Shown: positions 18,318 through 29,604, counted from the stretch's first letter. The stretch: 64,000 bases of DNA from an uncultured Solirubrobacterales bacterium (GCA_963697915.1 OY969103.1:727839-791838); one strand, 5' to 3'. A program made the numbers and translations. The notes: generated from the sequence alone by a model not told the origin.

Positions 18318-18926
18318 TCACTCGCCGGCGAGCAGGTACCGCGCCGAGGCCGAGCCGGCGGCGAGGGCGCCGTCGATCTTGCGGCCGGGCTCGGAGAGCG
18401 CCTGCAGGGCGAAGCCGTCGGCGACCGCGAAGAGGTAGGCGACGATCGACTCGGCGTCGTAGCGCAGCTTCAGCACGCCCTCCCGCTCCTTCGCCTCGAG
18501 AACCTCGGCGACGTGGGTGCGGGTGCGGTCGAAGAGCTGGCCGACCTCGTGCTGGATGTCGGGGTTGCGGCGACCGGCGCTGAACAGCTCGTAGAGGAGG
18601 AGGAAGAAGGCGGGCTCGTTCTCGATCAGGTCCATGAGGTTGGCGACGAGGACGTCGATCACGTCGTCGACCGTCTCCGCCTTGGCGAGCGGCTCGTCGA
18701 GCCGGGCGACGCGGATCTCGGCGTCGCGGCGGACGACCTCGACCAGCAGCCGCTCCTTGGTCCCGAAGTAGTAGTGGAGGAGGCCGCGGCTGACGCCCGC
18801 CTCACGGGCGACGTGCTCGAAGGTGGAGCCGGCGGCGCCGCGCTTGGCGACGCTGTCGCGCATCGCGTCGACGATGCGCTTCGCCTTTTCGCCACTCAGC
18901 TCGCGCTCTTTGGTCGCTGCCTCCAT
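18318..18926 (-). CDS. TetR/AcrR family transcriptional regulator
   Basis: 202 aa. N-terminal HTH block RIVDAMRDSVAKRGAAGSTFEHVAREAGVSRGLLHYYFGTKERLL is the canonical TetR_N motif. Confidence 0.9.
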   Translation of the reverse strand: MEAATKERELSGEKAKRIVDAMRDSVAKRGAAGSTFEHVAREAGVSRGLLHYYFGTKERLLVEVVRRDAEIRVARLDEPLAKAETVDDVIDVLVANLMDLIENEPAFFLLLYELFSAGRRNPDIQHEVGQLFDRTRTHVAEVLEAKEREGVLKLRYDAESIVAYLFAVADGFALQALSEPGRKIDGALAAGSASARYLLAGE

Positions 18927-18986
18927 TCAAGGAGTGTATGGCGCGAGCCGGGCGGGCTACCCGGCTCGCGTCACAACCGGGCGCTG

Positions 18987-19415
18987 CTAGGCCCCATTAA
19001 TGCTGGTGGTGCTCGTGTACTCGAACTCCTCCTCGGCACCGAAGAGGGCGTCGAGCAGCGCCTTGCGGGCGTCCTCGCTGAGCACGAGGGCAAGGCCGGC
19101 GGCGATCAGGCCGAAGACGACGAGGCGGCGCAGGCGGCTCTTCTTGCGCTTCTTCGGCGCCCGCAGCTGCTCGGTGACGTCGCGCAGGCTCTCGGCCGCC
19201 GTGCGCAGGTCCTTCTGCACCTTCTTGTCGCTGGTCACGGCCTTGGCGACGCCCTTGCCGTTGCCGGTCGCCCGGGTGTAGGCGCCACGCGCCGCTTCGA
19301 ACGCGTCACGGAGGCTGTCACGCAGCTCTTCGTCCTCGATCAGACGCTGCACGTAGGGGTTTTCCCGGGCGCTGGAGTAAATGTCCGCAGCCTGGTTCGC
19401 CTTGGTCTTGGTCAT
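18987..19415 (-). CDS. Hypothetical protein with one C-terminal TM helix
   Basis: 142 aa. A charged helical N-terminal part is followed by the basic patch KKRKKSRLRR and a TM segment LVVFGLIAAGLALVL. High GC3. I recognise no family. Confidence 0.6.
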   Translation of the reverse strand: MTKTKANQAADIYSSARENPYVQRLIEDEELRDSLRDAFEAARGAYTRATGNGKGVAKAVTSDKKVQKDLRTAAESLRDVTEQLRAPKKRKKSRLRRLVVFGLIAAGLALVLSEDARKALLDALFGAEEEFEYTSTTSINGA

Positions 19416-19466
19416 GCCATCTCCTCGCTGAAAGGTCTTCGGTGCTCGCAGGATAACCCGATCAAC

Positions 19467-19517
19467 CGCCGACGGGCCTCAAACGTCGATCATTCACGTG
19501 TTTCAGGCCCATCGGCG
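19467..19517 (-). repeat. Dispersed hairpin element, copy A
   Basis: The minus strand reads CGCCGATGGGCCT-(25 nt)-AGGCCCGTCGGCG and starts 6 nt after the GT39 stop. Its 3' 22 nt (CGACGTTTGAGGCCCGTCGGCG) are identical to plus-strand 36074-36095. Confidence 0.75.
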
Positions 19518-19522
19518 GGGGG

Positions 19523-21067
19523 TCATGGGGGGCCGATGCCGTCGAGCAAAACCCCGTTGCTGCGGAAGTCGAGCTCGGCGTCGCGCACGGTTCGCAGCGG
19601 CAGGTGAACCAGGTCGGAGCCCGGCAGCGCGTAGCGCCGGATGCGGAGGCGGCCGACCCGCTCGTACCCGACCTGGCGGAAGCGCTCGCCGAAGATCCGT
19701 GGCGGCACCGGCGGCACCGGCCCGTCGGAGATGAAGTCGACCTCGTGGACGTTCCAGGTGTAGCCGTCCGAGGCCGCCACCTGGAAAGAGCCGGTCGAGA
19801 GGTAGTAGCGCAGCGAGGCCGCTCCCAGCAGCCAGGTGACCATCGCCCGCGGCGCTTCCGGCTCGCCCAGCCGCTCGGCGGCCGCCCGCCAGTCGGGACG
19901 CTGCAGCGAGGGCATGGTGCTGGCGAGGACGCTGAAGACGAGCGAGTAGGCGACGAGGACCGCGGCCAGGACGGTGCCGGCGCGGCGGGCGCCGCGCAGG
20001 GTCACGGCGACCGCCACGGCGACCAGCAGCGGCACCAGCGCCGGCAGCAGGTTGCGGGCGAGGATGAAGTCCTTGTCGGGGACCGTCAGCGCGATCGCCA
20101 GCGGGATCGCCAGGGTGGCGCCGACCAGGGCCAGCATCCACCCCGCCGCGCGCCGCTCGCCGCGGTCGCCGCGCAGGGCGAGCAGCAGCAGGGCGGCGGC
20201 GGCGGCCAGCAGCGGGACGATCGCCGGGAGGATCATCTCCGGCCGGGCGATGATGTCGCCTGTCTCGCCGACGAAGAAGCTGGCCCCCACCTCCCAGAGG
20301 CGGTGGCCGAGGCTGTGGCCGCCGATCCACTCGGCGCGGCCGGCCAGCATCTGGTGGATCGCCAGCGGCGCCAGCGCCAGGCCCGCCGCGGCGACGATCG
20401 CGAGGCCGCCGAGCGGCGCGCGTCGGCGTCGCCAGAGCAGCCAGAGCGCCTCGAGCAGGATCGGGAAGAGGGCGAAGTAGTGGGTCGCCAGCGAGAGCCC
20501 GGAGGCGATGCCCCAGAGGACGAAGTCGCGCCGCTCGCCGCGCTCGAGCGCGCGCACGAAGTAGAGCGCGGCAAGGCTGGTCAGCAGGATCAGCAGCGCG
20601 TAGCTGCGCGCCTCCTGCGAGTACCAGAGCAGCATCGGGTTGACCGCCACCAGGGCGGCGGCGGCGACCCCGGTGCGGCGCCCGCGCAGCTCGGCGCCGA
20701 GCAGGAAGGCGACCGGCACCGTCGCCACGCCGGCCACGGCGGAGACCGAGCGCAGGCCGGCCTCGCCGGTCCCGGTCAGCTGCGTCCAGGCCCAGGCCAG
20801 GGCGTAGTAGAGCGGCGGCGCCGACTCGCTGAAGCCGACCGCTTCCATCGCATGCCAGAAGCTGCCGCGCAGGACACGGCTGGCGGTGACGATCTCGTCG
20901 TGGTGGTAGGCCTGGACGCCGATCGTGGCGAAGCGCAGGCCGGCGGCGAGCAGGGTCAGCCCGGCAACGATCCAGAAGACACGGGAACGAGCCCGCATCG
21001 CTTCGCGAAGCGCCTCGAAGAAGGTCGAAATCCCACTGCGGCCAAGCGCCCCCGCGGCCTCCATCAC
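19523..21067 (-). CDS. GT-C fold glycosyltransferase (family 39/83, ArnT/PMT-like)
   Basis: 514 aa polytopic membrane protein. The N-terminal loop YHHDEIVTA (DE-type motif after TM1) and the overall layout are typical of dolichyl-phosphate-mannose/undecaprenyl-phosphate sugar transferases. Confidence 0.7.
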   Translation of the reverse strand: MMEAAGALGRSGISTFFEALREAMRARSRVFWIVAGLTLLAAGLRFATIGVQAYHHDEIVTASRVLRGSFWHAMEAVGFSESAPPLYYALAWAWTQLTGTGEAGLRSVSAVAGVATVPVAFLLGAELRGRRTGVAAAALVAVNPMLLWYSQEARSYALLILLTSLAALYFVRALERGERRDFVLWGIASGLSLATHYFALFPILLEALWLLWRRRRAPLGGLAIVAAAGLALAPLAIHQMLAGRAEWIGGHSLGHRLWEVGASFFVGETGDIIARPEMILPAIVPLLAAAAALLLLALRGDRGERRAAGWMLALVGATLAIPLAIALTVPDKDFILARNLLPALVPLLVAVAVAVTLRGARRAGTVLAAVLVAYSLVFSVLASTMPSLQRPDWRAAAERLGEPEAPRAMVTWLLGAASLRYYLSTGSFQVAASDGYTWNVHEVDFISDGPVPPVPPRIFGERFRQVGYERVGRLRIRRYALPGSDLVHLPLRTVRDAELDFRSNGVLLDGIGPP

Positions 21068-21081
21068 ACAGAGCCTATTGG

Positions 21082-23463
<2,382 letters not shown>

Positions 23464-23465
23464 CG

Positions 23466-23909
23466 CTATTCCCTCCCGATCGGCACGCGGCGCGTGGTCT
23501 CGGTCGGGTCGCGGAGGGGCAGCTCGATCCGCAGCACACCGTCCACATAGGTCGCCTTGGCGCGGTCGGCGTCGACCTCGACCTGCAGCTCGACCACGCG
23601 GCGGAAGGGGCCGGAGGGAATCTCGACCTGCTGGTAGACGCGGCCCTCGGTCTCCTGCACCGGCCGTTCGCCGACGATCGCCAGTTGGCGGCCGCTGACC
23701 TCGATCCCGACGGCGTCGAGCTCGATCCCGGCGAGGTCGACCTTGATCACCGCCCGCTGCGGCTCGCCGCAGTAGTAGACGTCGACGTTGGGAGAGAACC
23801 CGGTGCTGCGGCGGCTGACGTAGGTCGTGCGCCCCCAGGCGCCGCCCATCATCTGGTCCATCTCCCTCCGCATGCGGGCAAAGTTCGCAAAGAGGTCGCG
23901 CTCAGGCAT
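23466..23909 (-). CDS. Hsp20/alpha-crystallin family small heat-shock protein
   Basis: 147 aa. The alpha-crystallin domain PNVDVYY...AVIKVDLAGIE...GRFRRVVELQVEVD...ATYVDGVLRIELP is typical. The stop lies 2 nt before the lon start. Confidence 0.88.
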   Translation of the reverse strand: MPERDLFANFARMRREMDQMMGGAWGRTTYVSRRSTGFSPNVDVYYCGEPQRAVIKVDLAGIELDAVGIEVSGRQLAIVGERPVQETEGRVYQQVEIPSGPFRRVVELQVEVDADRAKATYVDGVLRIELPLRDPTETTRRVPIGRE

Positions 23910-23934
23910 GAGCGAAAACCATAGCCAGCGAGCG

Positions 23935-24120
23935 CTACGCGGTGCTCGACTGGGCCGCCCAGCGCGGCGGGCGCATCAGCAGGACCGGCTGCTTGGGGGG
24001 AACAAGGCCCTCCGGGCGGTTGGCGCGGAAGGTGGTGCAGACCTCGTCCTGGGGCAGGGCGCAGAGCATGTTCTTGCGGAAGTAGCAGTCCGCGCAGCTT
24101 GGTTTCTTCTTGCGGGCCAT
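23935..24120 (-). CDS. Small Cys4 protein (61 aa), first gene of the hsp20-lon string
   Basis: MARKKKPSCADCYFRKNMLCALPQDEVCTTF has Cys spacing CxxC-x7-C-x7-C. It shows strong GC3 bias in this frame and sits 25 nt upstream of hsp20 on the same strand. I recognise no family. Confidence 0.5.
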   Translation of the reverse strand: MARKKKPSCADCYFRKNMLCALPQDEVCTTFRANRPEGLVPPKQPVLLMRPPRWAAQSSTA

Positions 24121-24245
24121 CGGCGGGCATCTTGGCAGCGCCGTGACAGTTCCGTGACGCCTGTTCCCGCAAATCGCAACGTCTTTGACACAGGCCGTTC
24201 ACAAGTTCCTCGCGTCTTGCGGTTGCGTGCGCCGCCGTCGCTACC

Positions 24246-24884
24246 ATGGGCCTACGGATGGACGCCCACGACCGCACCGAGAAACTCTCGGCTTCCCCAC
24301 AGCTCTTCGAGAGCGAGTTCCTCAACTTCTTCTCCCGGGTGCACCCGTCGATCCCGGCGATCATCTTCGTGCCCACTGTCGTCGTCATGGAGTGGCTCGG
24401 CGCCGACCGCGGCCTCGCCGTCTGGACGCTCGCCCTGCTCAGCCTCGGCGGGATCGGGATCTGGACGCTGACCGAGTACTGGCTGCACCGCCTCGTCTTC
24501 CACTGGGAGCCCGACAACGCCTTCGGCCGCCGCATGCACTTCATCATCCACGGCATCCACCACGACCACCCCAACGACCGGCTGCGCCTGGTGATGCCGC
24601 CCGCCGTCTCGATCCCCCTCGCGGCCCTCTTCTTCCTCGCCTTCACCTTCCTCTTCGGCACGCCCGAGGCCTACCCGCTGTTCGGCGGCTTCCTCGCCGG
24701 CTACCTCTTCTACGACTACACGCACTACTACGTGCACCACTTCGTGCCCAAGTCGCAGCTCGGCAAGCGCCTGCGCGAGCAGCACATGCGCCACCACTTC
24801 CAGGACCACCGCTACGGCTACGGCGTCTCCTCGCCGATCTGGGACGTCGTCTTCCGGACGTTGCCGAAGAAGCGGCGTCGCTAG
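24246..24884 (+). CDS. Fatty acid hydroxylase superfamily (sterol desaturase-like) membrane protein
   Basis: 212 aa with histidine boxes HRLVFHW, HGIHHDHP, HYYVHH and HMRHHFQDH in the order typical of the FA_hydroxylase family. Confidence 0.82.
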   Translation: MGLRMDAHDRTEKLSASPQLFESEFLNFFSRVHPSIPAIIFVPTVVVMEWLGADRGLAVWTLALLSLGGIGIWTLTEYWLHRLVFHWEPDNAFGRRMHFIIHGIHHDHPNDRLRLVMPPAVSIPLAALFFLAFTFLFGTPEAYPLFGGFLAGYLFYDYTHYYVHHFVPKSQLGKRLREQHMRHHFQDHRYGYGVSSPIWDVVFRTLPKKRRR

Positions 24885-24990
24885 CCCGGCGTACTGCCCC
24901 AAACCAAGCGCTGTCTCTTGCGAGCGCCCAACCGGCGATCTGTCCAGTAAGACGATCGCCTCGACACCACGCTCGGTAGGGTCGCTGGTC

Positions 24991-26784
24991 ATGCACCTAT
25001 GGGGAGGGACCTCGAGGCGCGCCCCGGCCGTTCTCGCGCTGATCGCGACCCTCGCCCTCGCGCTGAGCTCCGCCGCTGTCGCGCACGCCGAACGCAGCCT
25101 CTACGTCTCGAATTTCGGCAGCGATCAGCTCTCCGGCTTTGCGGTCGCCCCCGACGGCTCGCTCACCCCGTTGCCCGGCCTGCCGCTGGGCACCGCCGAC
25201 GGCCCGGGCGGAGTCGCGATGACGCCGGATGGCCAACGGCTCTACGTCGCCTCGCGGCTGGGCGGCGGCGCGGTGAACGGGTTCGACGTCGCTGCCGACG
25301 GCACGCTGACGCCGATCCCCGGCTCGCCCTTCGCCGCCAGCGCCGTCGACGACCTCGTGATCAGCTCCGACGGCAGCAGCCTCTACCTAGCCGGCGCCCT
25401 CATCGACGGCATCTATGGATTCAGGATCGCCGCCGACGGCTCGCTGACCCCTGTCCCCGGCTCGCCCTTCCTCGACGGCGAGACGTCAACGGCCCTCGCT
25501 CTCTCGCCCGACGGCAGTCACCTCTTCATCACGAACATCGACGCCGGCGAGGTCGCCGCCTTCGCGGTCGCGGCAGATGGCGGCCTGACCGCCGCCGGCC
25601 CGCCCCAGGCAACCGGCGACCAGCCGACCGGGATTGCGGTCACGCCCGACGGCAAGCGCCTCTATGTCGCGAGCCACGGATCCAACGCCATTGCCGGCTT
25701 CGAAATCGCCGCCGACGGCTCGCTCTCTCCGCATCCCGGCTCGCCCTTCGCCGCCAACTTCGGCCCACAGGGAATCGCGATCACGCCCGCCGGGCGGCGG
25801 CTGTACGCGTCCAGCTTCTTCTTCGGCATCTTCGCCTTCGGCATCGGAGTCGACGGCACCCTCAGCCCGGTCTTCGGCTCGCCGTTCGCCGCGGACTTGG
25901 ATCAGCCGCTCGGCCTCGCCGCCGGCACGAGCGAGAATCAGCTGTACATGGCCGGTTCAGAGTCCGATGACGTCGCCGCCTTCGGCCTCGCCCCCGATGG
26001 GGCGCCGATGCTGATCGGTGCCCCGGTGCCGACCGGTGGCTCGGGGCCGGGGCTCAACTCGCTGGCGGTGACTCCCAATCAGGGCCCGGTAGCAGCATTG
26101 GAGGCGTCCCCGCCCACGGGCGGCGCTGTCTCCTTCGACGCCGGGGGCTCCCTCGATCCCGATCGGACGATCGCCCGCTACGACTGGGATTTCGGCGATG
26201 GCGCCACGCTCTCTACCGCGGGACCAACCGTCAGCCACACCTATCCCGCCGGGACCTACACCGCCACGGTCACGGTCACCGACGACGAGGGCTGCTCCGC
26301 CAGGCCCATCTACACCGGCAGGTCCGCCCTCTGCAACGCCAGCCCCCAGGCGACGGCAGGGCGGCAGGTGACGGTGGCGGCCTCCCCCTCTTCTTCCTCG
26401 CAGATCGATCACGACGTCAGCATCCAGATCAACGGCAAGAAGCTGCGCCTCTCCCGCCGGGGCCGAGCGAGGGCGCAACTGACCTGCCCAGCGACGGAGG
26501 CGTCGGGGCCCTGCCAGGGGAAGCTCGTCTTGAAGACGCGACGCAAGCTCGGTCTCCGCGGCAAGCGGCAGGGGGTCACGTTGGCGAGCGCCGACTTCCG
26601 GATTCCGACCGGGGCGACGCGAGCAGTCGAGCTCGAGCTCTCCCCAGCACGGACCAAGCTGATTCGGGTGAGCCGCAGGGCACGCGCGGTCAACGCGACC
26701 GGCACCGTCCGCGACCAAGCCGGCAACCAGGCACCGGTCATGAGGAAGATGAGGCTCGTTCCGCCTCGGCCCAAGCGTCGCTGA
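24991..26784 (+). CDS. Secreted beta-propeller (lactonase-type repeats) protein with PKD domain and basic C-terminal module
   Basis: Signal peptide ALIATLALALSSAAVAHA. Repeated blades have the form YV(S/A)..S..I.GF.IA.DGSLTP.PGSPF. PKD-like block YDWDFGDGATLS...HTYPAGTYTATVTVTDDEGC. The C-terminal about 130 aa are Arg/Lys-rich with one Cys pair. Confidence 0.8.
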   Translation: MHLWGGTSRRAPAVLALIATLALALSSAAVAHAERSLYVSNFGSDQLSGFAVAPDGSLTPLPGLPLGTADGPGGVAMTPDGQRLYVASRLGGGAVNGFDVAADGTLTPIPGSPFAASAVDDLVISSDGSSLYLAGALIDGIYGFRIAADGSLTPVPGSPFLDGETSTALALSPDGSHLFITNIDAGEVAAFAVAADGGLTAAGPPQATGDQPTGIAVTPDGKRLYVASHGSNAIAGFEIAADGSLSPHPGSPFAANFGPQGIAITPAGRRLYASSFFFGIFAFGIGVDGTLSPVFGSPFAADLDQPLGLAAGTSENQLYMAGSESDDVAAFGLAPDGAPMLIGAPVPTGGSGPGLNSLAVTPNQGPVAALEASPPTGGAVSFDAGGSLDPDRTIARYDWDFGDGATLSTAGPTVSHTYPAGTYTATVTVTDDEGCSARPIYTGRSALCNASPQATAGRQVTVAASPSSSSQIDHDVSIQINGKKLRLSRRGRARAQLTCPATEASGPCQGKLVLKTRRKLGLRGKRQGVTLASADFRIPTGATRAVELELSPARTKLIRVSRRARAVNATGTVRDQAGNQAPVMRKMRLVPPRPKRR

Positions 26785-26794
26785 GCCCGCCGTT

Positions 26795-28015
26795 CTACGG
26801 GGGCCCAACCTCGTCGGCAGCCTCGCGCTCGGTAACGCGGCGTCCCGGGCTCCCACGCAGCGCGATCTCCAGCTCGAACCGCACATCGGGGTCGTCGAGC
26901 TGGTCGCCGAACAGCTCCTTGAGGCGGGCCGTTCGGTAGCGGGCGGTTTGGGGGTGGATGTGGAGCTCGCTGGCCATCGCGACCGCGTTGCCGGCGTGGC
27001 GGACGTAGGCGAGGGCGGTCTCGCGCATGCGAGTGGCGGCTTTCTCGGTGAGGGGGGCGAGCGGGGCGAGGCGGCGGGCGGCGATGCGGGCGGCGAGGGC
27101 GCGGCCCTCGAAGAGGAGGAGGTCGCTGAGCCGGTCATCGACGCGAATCGGCCCCGCCGTGTCGAGCGAGCCCGACTGGATCGCGCGCAGGGCGAGACGG
27201 GCGAGCGACCAGGAGGCAGGCAGATCGGCGGACGACCCGGTCGATCCAAGCGCCAGCGGCGCGGCGCGGGCAGCGCGGTTGAGGACCGCGGCGCGGCCGG
27301 GGCCCTCGGGGTCGCCGAGGACGATGCAGCCGACACCTTCGACCACCGCGACGAGGGAGTCCGCGGGCAAGCGCCCGACGACCGCGGTCAACCCCTCCTC
27401 GGGGCAGGCCAGGGCGGCGGCGCTGCGCGGAGGGTCCCAGCCGGCGAGGCGCGCCGCGGCGCGCCGGTCCGCCGCCTCGGCCGGCGGCTCGCGGACCAGC
27501 AGCTCGGCCAGCTCGCGGCGGCGCCGGCGGCGCTCGTCCTCGAGCTCGGACTGGGCCTCGGCGTAACCCTCGACCGAGTCGGCGGAGAGCTCGTCGATGT
27601 AGGCGAAGATCGCCTCGGCGAGGGCGCTCAGCACCTCGGCGTCGAGGTCGGCCGCGCGGGCGGCGGCGGCGAAGCGCCGCCAAGCGACCCGGGCCCCGAC
27701 CCGGTAGGCGGCCTGCAGCGAGTCCAGGGTGCGGCCCTGGCGCAGCTCGCCGCGGCCGAGCCCGACGTAGACGTCGCGACCGACGCGGCCCACCTCGGGG
27801 TCGCGGATCAGGGCGACGAACTGACGCAGGGCCTCGCTGACGCCACGGCGCAGGCCGCGGCCGAAGCTGCCCTCCAGCGGGCGCGCGTAGCCGGGCACGT
27901 CGCGGGCGATCGCGGCGAGGATCTCGGCCGTTACCGCGTCGAGCTCGGGCTCGATCAGGTCGGCGACAGCCGCTGGGAGTCCGCGCCAGGGCTCATCGAT
28001 GAGCGAATTTGTCAT
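26795..28015 (-). CDS. PucR-family transcriptional regulator
   Basis: 406 aa. The C-terminal HTH TALAYVRHAGNAVAMASELHIHPQTARYRTARLKELFG is the PucR_C HTH signature. It is divergent from the desaturase gene. Confidence 0.82.
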   Translation of the reverse strand: MTNSLIDEPWRGLPAAVADLIEPELDAVTAEILAAIARDVPGYARPLEGSFGRGLRRGVSEALRQFVALIRDPEVGRVGRDVYVGLGRGELRQGRTLDSLQAAYRVGARVAWRRFAAAARAADLDAEVLSALAEAIFAYIDELSADSVEGYAEAQSELEDERRRRRRELAELLVREPPAEAADRRAAARLAGWDPPRSAAALACPEEGLTAVVGRLPADSLVAVVEGVGCIVLGDPEGPGRAAVLNRAARAAPLALGSTGSSADLPASWSLARLALRAIQSGSLDTAGPIRVDDRLSDLLLFEGRALAARIAARRLAPLAPLTEKAATRMRETALAYVRHAGNAVAMASELHIHPQTARYRTARLKELFGDQLDDPDVRFELEIALRGSPGRRVTEREAADEVGPP

Positions 28016-28085
28016 CTAATTGACAAAAATCATATCCAGATCTTGGGATACACGCCAAAACATCTCAACTGAATCAGCGTAGCTT

Positions 28086-29054
28086 GTGGTCCCGATGACC
28101 ACCGCGACCAAAACGCGCCCCGTCCAGCCCGCCGCGACCGGGCAGCGACCGGAGCCGAGTGACCACCACGAGATGGGTCGCGCCGAGAAGATCGTCAACC
28201 TCGGCGCCGTCGTCCTCCCCTTCGCCGCGGTGATCGCCGCCGCGGCGATGTTCTGGAACAGCCTGGTCACGCCGGCTGACCTGGCGATCGCCGCGGTGAT
28301 GTACATGCTGACCGCGGTCGGGATCACGGTCGGGTTCCACCGCCTGCTCACCCACCGCTCCTTCCAGACCTCGAAGCCGGTCGAATACACCTTCGCCGTG
28401 CTCGGATCGATGGCGGTCCAGGGACCGGTGATCGCCTGGGTCGCCGACCATCGCAAGCATCACGCCCACACCGACGAAGAGGGCGACCCGCATAGCCCCC
28501 ACGTCGGTCACGGCGAGGGCGTGCGCGGCGTCGTCGCCGGCCTCTGGCACGCTCACACTGGGTGGCTCTTCTCCACCCAGGGGCGGGCCGACTGGAAGCG
28601 TTACGCGCCCGACCTCTACGAGGATTCCGGGATGCGTGCGATCAACCGCAACTTCGTGTGGCTGGTGCTGCTCAGCCTCGCCCTGCCGGCGCTTGCCGGG
28701 TACCTGGTCAGCGGCAGCCTGGCAGGCGCGGCTACGGGCCTGCTGTGGGGCGGCCTGGTGCGGATCTTCTTCGTCCACCACATCACCTGGAGCGTCAACT
28801 CGGTGTGCCACTTCCTCGGCAGCAGGCGGTTCGACACCGACGATCACTCCACCAACGTCTTCTGGCTGGCACTGCCCTCGCTGGGCGAGTCCTGGCACCA
28901 CAACCACCACGCCTTCCCTCGCTCGGCGGTACACGGGCTGAAGCGCTGGGAGCTCGACCCCTCCGCACTGATCATCACCGCGATGGAGAAGGTCGGGCTC
29001 GCCCGCAACGTGGTTCGCATCTCACCTGAGCGCCAGGCGGAACGCGCCGCCTGA
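28086..29054 (+). CDS. Acyl-CoA (delta-9 type) fatty acid desaturase
   Basis: Histidine boxes HRLLTHRSF, HRKHHAHTD and HHNHHAFP. The GTG at 28086 or the ATG at 28095 (MTTATKTRP) could be the start. Confidence 0.88.
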   Translation: MVPMTTATKTRPVQPAATGQRPEPSDHHEMGRAEKIVNLGAVVLPFAAVIAAAAMFWNSLVTPADLAIAAVMYMLTAVGITVGFHRLLTHRSFQTSKPVEYTFAVLGSMAVQGPVIAWVADHRKHHAHTDEEGDPHSPHVGHGEGVRGVVAGLWHAHTGWLFSTQGRADWKRYAPDLYEDSGMRAINRNFVWLVLLSLALPALAGYLVSGSLAGAATGLLWGGLVRIFFVHHITWSVNSVCHFLGSRRFDTDDHSTNVFWLALPSLGESWHHNHHAFPRSAVHGLKRWELDPSALIITAMEKVGLARNVVRISPERQAERAA

Positions 29055-29214
29055 TCCCACCTCGAGCCCGAGGTGTGTGCAAATAGTCAGGTCCGGGTAG
29101 GCCAATGTGGCCACCTACTTGCACACACTCACTGTGGACTGTGCGACACTGCGGTTCGCAATTAGTTCTTACCAGTAGTCCGGTACGCCACAGGCGACCG
29201 GCGAAAGGAACCAG

Positions 29215-29604
29215 ATGCCAAGCACCACCCACGTACTCGACGAGGCTCGCGACCTGGTCAAGAAGCGCCTTGCCGAGCTGGACGACGAGCGCAAGCGCCT
29301 CGAGCGCGCCCTCTCCGAGCTGGGCGGCAAAGCCACCAGCGGCCGTGGCGGTCGCCGGCCGGGCCGCCCCCGCGGCTCGAGCGCCGGCTCGGGCTCCAAA
29401 GCCGCGCCGAAACGCCGGCGCCGCCGCAAAGGGACCCGTGCCGACCAGGCCGTCGCCCTGGTCGAGGGCAACCCCGGCATCAGCGCCTCGGAGATCGCCA
29501 CGACGATGAAAATCAAGCCCAACTACCTCTACCGGGTCCTCGGTGACCTCGAGAAAGAGGGACGGGTAACGAAGAAAGGTCGTCAGTACTTCCCGGCCAA
29601 ATAG
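29215..29604 (+). CDS. Small DNA-binding protein (coiled-coil, basic linker, winged helix)
   Basis: 129 aa. N-terminal helix LVKKRLAELDDERKRLERALSEL, Arg/Gly-rich linker, and C-terminal wHTH-like QAVALVEGNPGISASEIATTMKIKPNYLYRVLGDLEKEGRV. Confidence 0.6.
   Translation: MPSTTHVLDEARDLVKKRLAELDDERKRLERALSELGGKATSGRGGRRPGRPRGSSAGSGSKAAPKRRRRRKGTRADQAVALVEGNPGISASEIATTMKIKPNYLYRVLGDLEKEGRVTKKGRQYFPAK

Noticed and set aside
23910-24245. Looked for CIRCE (TTAGCACTC-N9-GAGTGCTAA) or HAIR (CTTGAGT-N7-ACTCAAG) heat-shock operators upstream of hsp20-lon.
   Set aside because: Only a weak, imperfect CTTTGACA...TCACAAG pair is present, with nothing matching either consensus, so no operator call was made.
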